From assembly GCA_963781585.1 (NCBI GenBank), contig CAWAGQ010000013.1:32001-96000 (forward strand): a DNA stretch of 64,000 nt, written 5' to 3'. This document shows positions 8,798-18,390 of the stretch, piece by piece. The stretch comes from an uncultured Gemmatimonadaceae bacterium. GTDB lineage: Bacteria > Gemmatimonadota > Gemmatimonadetes > Gemmatimonadales > Gemmatimonadaceae. A model generated the notes under the pieces. That model was given only the letters and a program-made list of their open reading frames with translations, had not been told where the DNA came from and made no database searches. The position numbers and the translations under genes were made by a program. Each line of letters starts with the position of its first letter. Positions within the stretch are counted from its first letter, which is position 1.

Positions 8798-11283
8798 TGC
8801 GCGCGCTGGGGAGCGCAGCGGCGGCGGTGGGACTCGGCGTCGGGCTCTGGGCGGGCGCGCGCGGCATCGGACCGCTGCCGCCGCTGGGGGGACTGCTGGA
8901 TCCGGCCAACGGCGCCTGGGCGGCGGCGCGGTTCGCCGACCTGCCGCCGGGCGGCCAGGTGCGGATTCCGCACCTGTCGGCGCCGGTCGAGGTGCGCTAC
9001 GACCGCCGGTGGGTTCCGCACATCTTCGCCGCGACCGAGGACGACGCGATTCGCGCGTTAGGCTTCGTGGTGGCGCGCGACCGGCTCTTTCAGCTCGACG
9101 CCCAGGCCCACGCGGCATCGGGGCGGCTGACCGAGTGGGCGGGAGCGCTGGCGCTGGACGACGACCGCGAGATGCGCCAGCTGGGCCTGCCGCGCGCCGC
9201 GGAACGGGAGTTCGCCTCGCTCGCCCCCGACGGTCCCTCGCGCCGCCTGCTCGACGCCTATACCGACGGGGTCAATGCGTACATCGACGGGCTCTCGCGC
9301 GCCGAGCGGCCCATCGAGTACAAGCTGCTCGGCGCGGCGCCCGAGCGCTGGGCGCCCGTCAATTCGGTTCACATGTTCAACCGGATGGGGTGGACATTGG
9401 CGCTGCTCGAGGGCGAGCGCGCGCGGCTGGCGGCCGCCGGCGTGGTGGGAGACAGCGCCGCCCGCGCCCTCTTCCCCCTCGATGCCGTCATCCAGGAGCC
9501 GATTCAGCCTGACGGGCAGCATCACCCGCGCTTCGACTTCCGGCAGCTGCCGCCGCCCGGCCGGCCCGACACCCAGGCGCTGCGGCTCTCGGCGCTGCTC
9601 GGCGTGCCGGGCACGAACGACACCGGGGAACCGCGGTGGCTCGCAAGCAACAACTGGGCGGTGGCCCCCCGCCGCACGCAGAACGGGCACGCCCTGCTGG
9701 AGGGCGATCCCCATCTCCCGCTCACGCTGCCCAGCATCTGGTACGAGGCCCATCTGGTCGTGCCCGGGCAGTTGGACGTCTACGGCGTGACGATTCCGGG
9801 CATACCGGGAATCGTGATCGGATTCACCCGGGACCTCGCCTGGTCGTTCACCAACACCGGCGCCGACGTGCTCGACTTCTACCGGGAGACGGTCGACGAC
9901 AGCGTGCGCCCCACCAGGTACCGGGTGGACGACGTGTGGCGACCGGTGGAGTCGCGGGTGGAGACCTATCGCGGCAAATCGGGCGAGGCCCTGCACACCG
10001 ATACCGTCCTGTTCACGCACCGCGGCCCGCTGTCGCGCGTGAACGGGAGCTGGGTGTCGATGCGCTGGACGATCCTGGACGGCGGGCCTGACGAGCGTGC
10101 GTTCCTGAGCGCGGCGCACGCGCACACGGCGCGCCAGTTCCTCGATACGATGGCGGCGCAGTACGGGAATGCCCCGGCGCAGAACATGCTCGTCGCCGAC
10201 CGCGCCGGATCGATCGCCATCCGCTCCACCGGCGAGTTCCCGATCCGGGCCGGGCGCGGAGACGGGCTCGTCATCCGCGACGGCTCGCGGAGCGCCAACG
10301 ACTGGCAAGGCTACTGGCCGGTGGAGCAGTATCCCCAGGCCTTCGATCCGGAGCAGGGCTATCTGGCGTCGGCCAACCAGCAGCCCATCGATCCGCGCGC
10401 CGCGCCCGCCTATCTCGGCTACGAAGCCGCGTTCGATCCGTGGCGCGCGCTGCGCATCAATCATCTGCTGCGCGACGATTCGGCGGTGACGGTTGACGCG
10501 ATGCGCCGCTTCCAGACCGACCCGGGGAGCGAGCGCGCCGAGCTGCTGGCGCCGTTCTTCGTGGCGCCGGACGCGGACGCGCCGATGCGCGGGAGCGATG
10601 CGTCGCGCCTCGACTCGGCGCGCGCCTGGCTGGCCGGATGGGATCGCCGCTATACGCGGGAGAACGAGCGCACGGTGCTGTTCGAGGCGGCGGTGCGCCA
10701 GCTGATATCTCGGGCGTGGGACGAGCTGGCGCCCGAGGGCGGACGTCGCGTGGCCACGCCCACCACCGAGATACTGCTCGAGCTTCTGCACGACTCCGCC
10801 AGCGTGTGGTGGGACGACCGCCGCACGCCGGACCGGGTGGAGCGGCGCGGGGACATCGTCGGCGCATCCCTGCTCGCTGCCTACGACAGCCTCGTCAGGC
10901 GGCTGGGGCCGCCCGGGCCTGCGTGGCGGTGGGATCGGGTTCAGCCGGCGCGGGTGAACCACTTGCTCGGGTTACCGGGCTTCTCGGTGCGCAACATTCC
11001 GGTGCAGGGAGGACCGGGGACGCTCAATCCGGCCGGTCCGGGCGGCGACGGGCCGAGCTGGCGGATGGTGGTGGAGCTCGGGGCCGAGGTCCGCGCCTGG
11101 GGCACGTATCCCGGGGGGCAGAGCGGGAATCCCGCGAGCCGGCGCTATCTCGATCGCCTGCCGCTCTGGCGCGAAGGGCAGCTCGACACGCTGTTCGTGC
11201 CGCGCGACACCGGCGCGGTCGCGCCGTCGCCGGCGCGGGTGCGGCTCGTTCCATCGTCGGCCGCGAAAGGAGGAACGCCGTGA
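8797..11283 (+). CDS. Penicillin acylase family (Ntn hydrolase; AHL-acylase-like)
   Basis: VPHIFA, ARDRLFQLD, ASNNWAV nucleophile, DPHL, PGGQSGNP motifs. Confidence 0.92.
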   Translation: MRALGSAAAAVGLGVGLWAGARGIGPLPPLGGLLDPANGAWAAARFADLPPGGQVRIPHLSAPVEVRYDRRWVPHIFAATEDDAIRALGFVVARDRLFQLDAQAHAASGRLTEWAGALALDDDREMRQLGLPRAAEREFASLAPDGPSRRLLDAYTDGVNAYIDGLSRAERPIEYKLLGAAPERWAPVNSVHMFNRMGWTLALLEGERARLAAAGVVGDSAARALFPLDAVIQEPIQPDGQHHPRFDFRQLPPPGRPDTQALRLSALLGVPGTNDTGEPRWLASNNWAVAPRRTQNGHALLEGDPHLPLTLPSIWYEAHLVVPGQLDVYGVTIPGIPGIVIGFTRDLAWSFTNTGADVLDFYRETVDDSVRPTRYRVDDVWRPVESRVETYRGKSGEALHTDTVLFTHRGPLSRVNGSWVSMRWTILDGGPDERAFLSAAHAHTARQFLDTMAAQYGNAPAQNMLVADRAGSIAIRSTGEFPIRAGRGDGLVIRDGSRSANDWQGYWPVEQYPQAFDPEQGYLASANQQPIDPRAAPAYLGYEAAFDPWRALRINHLLRDDSAVTVDAMRRFQTDPGSERAELLAPFFVAPDADAPMRGSDASRLDSARAWLAGWDRRYTRENERTVLFEAAVRQLISRAWDELAPEGGRRVATPTTEILLELLHDSASVWWDDRRTPDRVERRGDIVGASLLAAYDSLVRRLGPPGPAWRWDRVQPARVNHLLGLPGFSVRNIPVQGGPGTLNPAGPGGDGPSWRMVVELGAEVRAWGTYPGGQSGNPASRRYLDRLPLWREGQLDTLFVPRDTGAVAPSPARVRLVPSSAAKGGTP

Positions 11284-11323
11284 GGCGGGCGTGGATGCCG
11301 GAGCGCAGCGCGCGAGGGACGCC

Positions 11324-11716
11324 GTGAGGCACGCGCCGCGCATCGTGCTCGGCGCCGCGGTCGTGGCGTTAGGCACCTGGTTCGGGGGATGGCTGGCGCC
11401 GCCGGTGTGGGGAGCGCTGCTGGGGGCGGCGTTGCCCCGCGGGCGTCCCGCCCGGTGGGCCGCGCTCGACGCGGCGGTGGGGTGGGCCGCGATTCTGGCC
11501 CTGCTTGCCGTGGGGGGCGATCCGGTGGGCACGCTGGCGGGGCGTCTGGCGGGCGCGATGGGGGTGCCGGTCGTGGCGCTGGTGGCGGCGACGGTGGCCT
11601 TCCCGGCGCTCCTGGCCTCGTGCGCGGCGTGGCTGGCGGCGCAGATCCCGACCCCGCGGCGCACCGACACGCGTGGCAGCAAGTCGCCGGCGATGATCAT
11701 GAGGGACGCGGCCTAG
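11324..11716 (+). CDS. Small hypothetical membrane protein
   Basis: Several hydrophobic segments, directly downstream of the acylase. Start uncertain. Confidence 0.6.
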   Translation: MRHAPRIVLGAAVVALGTWFGGWLAPPVWGALLGAALPRGRPARWAALDAAVGWAAILALLAVGGDPVGTLAGRLAGAMGVPVVALVAATVAFPALLASCAAWLAAQIPTPRRTDTRGSKSPAMIMRDAA

Positions 11717-11846
11717 CCCGGGTTCGGGTTACGGCGCGGTGTCTCGCCGGCCTTTCGGGTCGTCGCAGGATGGTCGACGCTGGATCAAGTGCGCTCGTGC
11801 CAGATGGTTTGGTCACTTCACACCTGCCGCGCAATAGGCACTCCGG

Positions 11847-12662
11847 TCAGGCGCTTCGCGAATTGGTTGTGTCGAAGTGGTCGCGCGCGGCGCGCACGCA
11901 GATGCCCACCAAGGTTGCTTCGTCCAGTACTGCGCAGAGGCGGCCTGGGGTCAGTCCCGTGAGCTTGCTTACCTCTTCGATCAAGGCGTTCCGTGAGTCG
12001 ATCCCTGCCGCGTGTGATGCTTGCTTGAGCCCGTAGTTGAAGTTGCGCACGAGATTGAAGACGAGTGCCACCCTGGCCGCGCGGCGAAGGACGCGAAACC
12101 GTCGTAGCCCGGCGCCCGCGAGTTCCCGGTTCAACCTGCGGATCCGCACGTCGAGCGGTCGTCCGACCTCCTTTTCGGTTCGGTACAGCGCGGGCTCCTG
12201 AAAAAGGTGTCCGAGGAGGCAGGCGGCGTCGCGCGAGAGGGGCCGGGGCAACGATGCGCAGATCGCATCGAGCACGCGAATGCCGAGGGCGCCGGCGGCG
12301 GCACGTTCAATCGCAGCGCGACAACCGACGGCGAGCGCGGTCGAGGTGCGAAGGGCGACGTGAATCCACGCGTTATGGGCCGCCATCGCGACCCACTGCA
12401 ACGCTCCGAGGGATGCCGGCGTCAGCAGGACGACGGGGAGCCCCAGCCGGCGGTAGAACGCGCGGAACTGACCTTCGGGATCGTCTCCGGAACAGATGGA
12501 ATCCAGATCGCCAGGGTCGAGGACCGCTACGTCAAACGCGGATCGCTGCGCGCGGCGAACCAACTCACCCAGATCAGTGGTCCATTCGAGCGCATGCTCA
12601 GGCCCGAGCTCCTGGCGCACTGCTTCGAAGCCTTCTCGGTCAAGGCAACACAGGACACGCAT
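11847..12662 (-). CDS. Transcriptional regulator: degenerate receiver-like N-domain plus AraC-like HTH
   Basis: FDVAVLDP...LPVVLLT followed by RRLNREL..AG and LKQASHAAG.DSRNAL....KLTGLTP, an AraC-like C-terminal pattern. Confidence 0.6.
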   Translation of the reverse strand: MRVLCCLDREGFEAVRQELGPEHALEWTTDLGELVRRAQRSAFDVAVLDPGDLDSICSGDDPEGQFRAFYRRLGLPVVLLTPASLGALQWVAMAAHNAWIHVALRTSTALAVGCRAAIERAAAGALGIRVLDAICASLPRPLSRDAACLLGHLFQEPALYRTEKEVGRPLDVRIRRLNRELAGAGLRRFRVLRRAARVALVFNLVRNFNYGLKQASHAAGIDSRNALIEEVSKLTGLTPGRLCAVLDEATLVGICVRAARDHFDTTNSRSA

Positions 12663-12819
12663 ACCGCGACATTCGCCTCACTACGCTCGCGCGCGCGGGC
12701 ACGTTCAACCTGCCGCGCGTTCCTCGTCCGATTTCCACGCCGAGCGTACGGTGCGATTCCACGCATCCTTCGTCAAGGCCATGCCTGGTTCCGCCGTTTG
12801 GCGCGCGCGGCGCGGGTCA

Positions 12820-12849
12820 AAAACAGGACAAATATGCGCAAAACGGGAC
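12820..12849. promoter_or_regulatory. Direct-repeat candidate operator in the divergent intergenic region
   Basis: AAAACAGGAC (12820-12829) and AAAACGGGAC (12840-12849), 20-bp period. Confidence 0.4.
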
Positions 12850-12965
12850 TGTCCATGCGTCCCGGGCCGCCGGACTGTTCATCGGGTCGGAAGCAAGCGA
12901 ACGAAGCAAGCCTCAGGATCTGCGAGTCGCATTAGGCAACGCAACACCCTCACGCGGAGAATCCC

Positions 12966-14107
12966 ATGCAAGAGAGAACCGCTCTATTCCTTCTGACCAC
13001 ACTGGCTCTTGTTGCATCCCATCTGCATGCCGCGAGGCGCCGACCGAAGCCAGGCCAGGTGTTCCTCGCCTTTCGGCAGATCCTGCAAGAGTGAATCCAC
13101 CTCTGGAAGACACGAGCGCGTTGACGCTTTCGGACGCACTCGTCGAACCAAAGCGTTCTGTCCTTCAGACCATGGATTTCTACAAGGCTAATGGAACCCT
13201 TGAACAGCACATCGAAGGTCACGACCTCTCGGCGAAGATGTTGTCCTCCGTAACGGAAGCGCGTGGTTCGGAGCCCTCCGCTCTCGACAGTCTTAGTCGC
13301 GTCCTGGAGCAGCATGCCCAGCGCCCGTTTGCGAACACTGAGCGGGTGCTCCAAATCATCGATGCCATTCGGGCACAAACAGCGGCAGAGTTTCACCAGC
13401 GCGTCCGGAACCTACCTGTTACGCTCACCATGTCCTTGACCCGGGACGCGCAAGGACGTCAAGGGGTTGAGAAGGTATACACCCATGTCACCGGGCGAAA
13501 GCTCGTGGTGTTTACCGTGACCAACCAGACAGATGAACTGAACCCTCTGACGGGCCTGCAGGACCCAAGTGATGGCGCCACCGAGAACAGAACGGTGGAA
13601 GGGGAGTTGGAGGTTCAGAATTCGACAACGGAGGGCGCGGAATCGAGCGCATATGATTGCGACTATACCGATGACGAGTCAAACTACTGGTCAGGTGAGT
13701 GTGCTACCGAGCAGGACATTGAGGACGCTACGATCGTGGCGCTCAGCATGGATGCCGAGAGCGAAGCTGTTGTCAACCAGGAGGATTCCGAGATAGCGTC
13801 GTACTGCCTCAGCCATAATGAAGATGAGCTCTGTGCGGCGCAGGAGGAGTCCGGGAAGTCCTTCGCGATCGGAGACATGACCGGTCCAAATGCCTTCGGA
13901 GGAGGAGGGCTTAGCTGCTCCGCCGCGGGAATAACATTCTTCGGAACAGCTGTGAACTATGGCTACAGGGCGTGGAAGCTGTGGCGAGTGATCAACGCGA
14001 TAGACCCGCCCGCCGGCGCGCTCGGTGACGCAGTTATCCTGGGCGGCATAGCTCTTGCCGGTGTCTCGGCAGCGGGTATTGTCTTGCACGATTGCTTGGC
14101 GCAGTAA
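12966..14107 (+). CDS. Putative lipoprotein with a C-terminal hydrophobic bacteriocin-like domain (1-nt frameshift near 13020)
   Basis: GGAGA RBS and MQERTALFLLTTLALVAS in one frame, with SAC-REAPTE lipobox and the rest in ORF 12065..14107. Acidic linker, GGGG, then a Cys-flanked hydrophobic 65-aa tail. Confidence 0.6.
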
Positions 14108-14154
14108 GAGCGCGCTTGGCGCGCACGCGGCCACTCTCCATAATCGGAGGCACA

Positions 14155-14415
14155 ATGACGTGGGCTCTGATGTTCACAAGCTTGGCCATTGGGGGCTGCA
14201 TTGCGTTCATCATTGTGCGCGTGAGGCGATACAAGAGCGCGTCACGATCGGCACTCCTCGGAGCGTTCGCGACTTTGAACCTCGCAGTGGCGGTACTGCT
14301 CTTCCAAATACTATCGGCCAGCGCTATCCGCTCAATAATGGTGGCCCTCCTTCTGTTTGTTGCGCTTTGGTTTTTCGTCGCGGAAATCCGAACATCGAGA
14401 GATACCCTAACGTAG
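14155..14415 (+). CDS. Small 3-TM membrane protein (immunity-like)
   Basis: GGAGG RBS, 86 aa, three hydrophobic helices, basic loop RVRRYK. Confidence 0.65.
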   Translation: MTWALMFTSLAIGGCIAFIIVRVRRYKSASRSALLGAFATLNLAVAVLLFQILSASAIRSIMVALLLFVALWFFVAEIRTSRDTLT

Positions 14416-14658
14416 TCAGTGGAGTTGATCGCGCTCCCACCGCCGATCCCGCAGTTCCAGTGGGAGGTATCGGGACTGGCGCATTCAGAGACGATCACGA
14501 CTGCTCCGGGGGCAAACGCGGTTGTGGCAGTGATTCGGGCCATGACGGGCCAAGGCTAAGACGCTGCACGCTGAATGACCTGCTCCTATAACGGCCGGCT
14601 GTTCTCGAAGAAGACTGATCGCCCCCGGGATGGAGAGCGGGGTGCGCTGGTTCGGAGG

Positions 14659-15909
14659 ATGAGTCACGGGGTACAGCGAGCGTCGCTTGCAATGCTCCTG
14701 GCTCATGGGCTCGCGAGTTGCAAGCTCGAGCGGGCGGTGCTGGGATCCAGTGGCGCACTGCCGCACGCGGGCGGTATCAACCCCCTCAGTTTGCTCATCT
14801 GGCGGAATGCACAGGTGCGTGACATCGCACGCGTGCCCGTCCTGGATTCCGAGAACGTCTACACCCTGAGCCGCACGCATGTGGTCTCGGCGCTGGCAAA
14901 GGCCGAGGGACGCTCCGCTGGCAGATCACGCTGCCTGTTTCGCACCCCGAGCGCGGTGGGTTTGGACTTGCGCTGGCGGGTAGCACACTGGTCGTGGGCG
15001 ACATCGATCTGTTTGGACTGGATCCCGCCACAGGACAAGTTCGTTGGACATATCACCCCTCGGTGGGTGCGTGGCCGGGGTTCGGGACGCTGACCAGTGA
15101 TGGCACGACGGTCTTCACGGGCTCGGCCACAGGCCACGTCTTCGCCGTGGACGGAGCCTCGGGTGCGGAGCGCTGGACGGCCCACATCGCGGCCGACACA
15201 AACACGAATGTCTTCACGCCCATCGTGAGGCACGGCGTGGTCTATGCCGCATACACCGACTTCTATCTTGATTCACCGCCGGCGACGCGAGGCCTGCGCG
15301 GGGGGGCGGCGGCGCTCGACGCCGCCACCGGGCGGATCGTGTGGTCGACCTATCTGCCCAAGGCCGACGCCTTGGTCCGTACCGACGTTTACGACGTCGG
15401 CCTCACGGATGACCGTGTAGTCCTGGCGCCCGGCAACGAAACGCGTGTACGGGCTGGATCGGGCCACCGGGGCACTACGGGACACGGTTCCGGCCAGCAC
15501 GTACCTGCAGGTGAGCACGACGCTCCCGCAGGGGGACTTGAGGGGAGAGTTGGTGCGAGCCCTAGCGAGCGCGGGCAACCTCGTTGTGGTCTCCAGCAAC
15601 TTCGTACGACCTAACGGGCCGAATGTGACAGCGCTGTCCGTGCCCGATCTGAACCGGCGCGTGTGGCATACGCTCACGATCGGCTCGGCGATGAGCGTCG
15701 CCCTCGACTCGTCGTTCGCGTACGTGGGAAATTTCGCGGGCAGTTGCTGGTCCTGCGTCTCTCGGATGGCAGCGCAGTCTGGCAGATCAACCGCTTCGAT
15801 CTGCGGCCGAACGACGGCGAAGAGGGACTCTTCAGCGGTCCCGCCATCGAGGGCGACCGGCTCTATCTGGGTGTCGTTGCGGAGGTCTACGCGTTCAGGA
15901 AACCGCGAG
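14659..15909 (+). pseudogene. PQQ/BamB-like beta-propeller lipoprotein, three frameshifts and no stop
   Basis: LASC lipobox; repeats FGLDPATGQVRW, FAVDGASGAERW, ALDAATGRIVW, LSDGSAVW. Pieces lie in four ORFs and end VYAFRKP-CGA. Confidence 0.7.
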
Positions 15910-16028
15910 CCAACGCGGCCGGGCAGCTTGGTAGACGCGTCTCGACGTTGCCAGCGCGGTGGCACGACAGTGCCTCGCGACCACGGCTGCTAGGCTCGGC
16001 GCACCGTCAGGCACTATGTTTCGCCCCG

Positions 16029-17210
16029 ATGGCCGCCCCTGCCGACTTCTTCAACATCGATAGCGCGCTCTCCGAGGAGGAACGCGCGGTGCGCGACAGC
16101 GTCCGCCGCTGGGTGGACGAACGCGTGCTGCCCGTGATCGGCGATGCCTACGTGAAGGGCCACTTCCCGAAGCAGTTGGTGCCCGAGATGGCGGAGCTGG
16201 GTGTGTTCGGCGCCAATCTGCCGGAAGAATACGGCTGCGCGGGGCTCAACAACGTGGCGTATGGCCTCATCATGCAGGAACTGGAGCGTGGCGATTCGGG
16301 GGTGCGCTCGTTCGCCTCGGTGCAGGGCGCGCTCGTGATGTACCCGATCTTCGCGTTTGGCAGCGAGGCGCAGAAGCGCCACTACCTCCCGCGGATGGCA
16401 AAGGGCGAGATCATCGGCTGCTTCGGCCTCACCGAGCCGGACTTCGGCTCCAACCCCGGCGGCATGATCACCATGGCGCGCGAGCAGTCCGATGGCACCT
16501 GGCTCCTCAATGGCGGCAAGATGTGGATCACCAACGGCTCCACCGCGCAGGCCGCGATCGTGTGGGCCAAGACAAACGGCGACGCCGATCCCCGTTCCAT
16601 TCGCGGATTCGTCGTCCCCACCGACAGCCGCGGATTTACGGCGCGCGACCAGAAGGGAAAGCTCTCGCTGCGCGCGTCCGACACGAGCGAACTGGTCTTC
16701 CAGGACGTGGCGCTGCCCGCCGACGCGCTGCTCCCGGGTTCCGGAGGACTCAAGTCGCCGCTCATGTGCCTCACCCAGGCACGCTACGGGATCGCCTGGG
16801 GCGCGGTGGGCGCGGCGATGGCGTGCTTCGAGGAGGCCGTGTCGTACGGCAAGAATCGCGTGATGTTCGACAAGCCGGTGGCGGCCTACCAGATCCAGCA
16901 GCAGCGGCTGGCCGACATGCTCACCGAGATCGTGAAGGGACAGCTGGTCGCGCTGCACCTGGGGCGCCTCAAGGACGCCGGCACCTACACCCCCCAGCAG
17001 GTGTCGCTCGCCAAGCGGAACAACGTGAGCATGGCCACCGACGTCGCCCGAGAGGCGCGTCGCTTGTTAGGCGCCGTGGGCATTCTGGCCGAGTACGCGT
17101 CGATGCGGCACATGGCGAACCTCGAGAGCGTGTACACCTACGAGGGCACGCACGATGTGCACTCGCTGGTGCTCGGACAGGCGATTACCGGATTGAATGC
17201 GTTCAGCTGA
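16029..17210 (+). CDS. gcdH: Glutaryl-CoA dehydrogenase-like acyl-CoA dehydrogenase
   Basis: ELERGDSG.RS, IGCFGLTEPDFGSNP, KMWITNG, NLESVYTYEGTHDVH. Confidence 0.88.
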   Translation: MAAPADFFNIDSALSEEERAVRDSVRRWVDERVLPVIGDAYVKGHFPKQLVPEMAELGVFGANLPEEYGCAGLNNVAYGLIMQELERGDSGVRSFASVQGALVMYPIFAFGSEAQKRHYLPRMAKGEIIGCFGLTEPDFGSNPGGMITMAREQSDGTWLLNGGKMWITNGSTAQAAIVWAKTNGDADPRSIRGFVVPTDSRGFTARDQKGKLSLRASDTSELVFQDVALPADALLPGSGGLKSPLMCLTQARYGIAWGAVGAAMACFEEAVSYGKNRVMFDKPVAAYQIQQQRLADMLTEIVKGQLVALHLGRLKDAGTYTPQQVSLAKRNNVSMATDVAREARRLLGAVGILAEYASMRHMANLESVYTYEGTHDVHSLVLGQAITGLNAFS

Positions 17211-17304
17211 GGGGACGCCCCGGTCCTGGCGCGGACGGACGGCGTTGAGGGGGACCTGCGCCCGCCTGCGGCACGCAGGGACGAGGCGTCGCGCTCGAAG
17301 GCGA

Positions 17305-18300
17305 ATGGGGCGCGCCGCCGTGGTCATCGTAGCGCTCGCCGGCGCGTCACGGTCGGTCGCCGGCCAGGCCGCGTGGCTGCCGCGGGTCCGCCTGGACAAT
17401 GACGCCTACGACTTCTGGCTGCGGCCTGGACAGCGTCCCGACGACGAATACACCAACGGCGTCCGGCTGTCGCTGGAAAGCGCGAGCGCGCCCTGGTGGG
17501 GTCGCCACTTCGCCCGGGGACGCCGCGACTGTGCCGAGGGAGTCAGGGAACGAGCGCCGTGCCGCGCGACCGTCGTCACGTTAGGCCAGGATCTCTACAC
17601 GCCGCGGCTGGATCGCGCGCCGTTCGCGGTTCCGGACTGGGAGAGCGAGCGCCCGTACTTCGCGTGGCTCTACCTGAGCGGTGAAGCGCGCATGCTGGCC
17701 GCGCGCGCCATGCGGTCGATCACCATCGCGCTCGGCGTCACCGGGCCGCCGGCCGGGGGCGAGCTCGCTCAACGCGTCGCGCACGCCGTGAATCACCGCT
17801 TCACGCGCCCGGCGACCGGCTGGGAGACGCAGATCGGGTTCGAGCCGGGGATCATCGCCGCCATGCGACAGCGCTTCCTGGCGGCGCGCCTCGGCTCTGG
17901 AAGCGGCATCGGCTTCGACCTCGCGCCAGCGGTCGGCGTCTCGCTGGGCAACATCCTCACCAGCGCCGATGCCGGCGGCGCCATGCGCCTGGGGTGGAAT
18001 CTCTCGCATCCCTGGGATCCGCGCGCATGGGGCGAGCGCGACGCGGCGGAAGCGTGGCTCTCGGCTGGCGCGCGGGGTCTCTATGTTGCGCGCAACATCT
18101 CACTCGACGGGACCACGCTGAACGCCGTGCGCCACGTGCAACGGGTGCCGGGGGTCTTCGAGTACGAATTCGGCGCCGGGCTGCGCTTGCGTCGGTTGCT
18201 ACTGACCTACCGCGCCGTGACGCGAACCAGGGAGTACCTCACTGGCCCTGCGCATCACACCTACGGCTCCATGGCGGCCGGCATCGATTTCGTGCCGTAG
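17305..18300 (+). CDS. Lipid A deacylase LpxR family (DUF2219) outer-membrane protein
   Basis: DND...DDEYTNG, LGQDLYTP, RPYFAWLY, LGVTGPPAGGE, GWETQI motifs. Confidence 0.8.
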   Translation: MGRAAVVIVALAGASRSVAGQAAWLPRVRLDNDAYDFWLRPGQRPDDEYTNGVRLSLESASAPWWGRHFARGRRDCAEGVRERAPCRATVVTLGQDLYTPRLDRAPFAVPDWESERPYFAWLYLSGEARMLAARAMRSITIALGVTGPPAGGELAQRVAHAVNHRFTRPATGWETQIGFEPGIIAAMRQRFLAARLGSGSGIGFDLAPAVGVSLGNILTSADAGGAMRLGWNLSHPWDPRAWGERDAAEAWLSAGARGLYVARNISLDGTTLNAVRHVQRVPGVFEYEFGAGLRLRRLLLTYRAVTRTREYLTGPAHHTYGSMAAGIDFVP

Positions 18301-18390
18301 CCGACGCTGTACCAGACGCTGCGTGCTCGGGCACGATGGGTCATCTGGCGGACTTGAAATCTCCGCCGGCAACAGGTCCGTGGGTAACGC

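Noticed and set aside
12065..12965. N-terminal 300 aa of the 680-aa ORF
   Set aside because: It is antisense to the regulator and crosses the intergenic region. The real start is likely 12966.
15663..17210. 515-aa PQQ/acyl-CoA dehydrogenase fusion ORF
   Set aside because: Better explained by a lost stop in the broken PQQ gene. gcdH has its own start at 16029.
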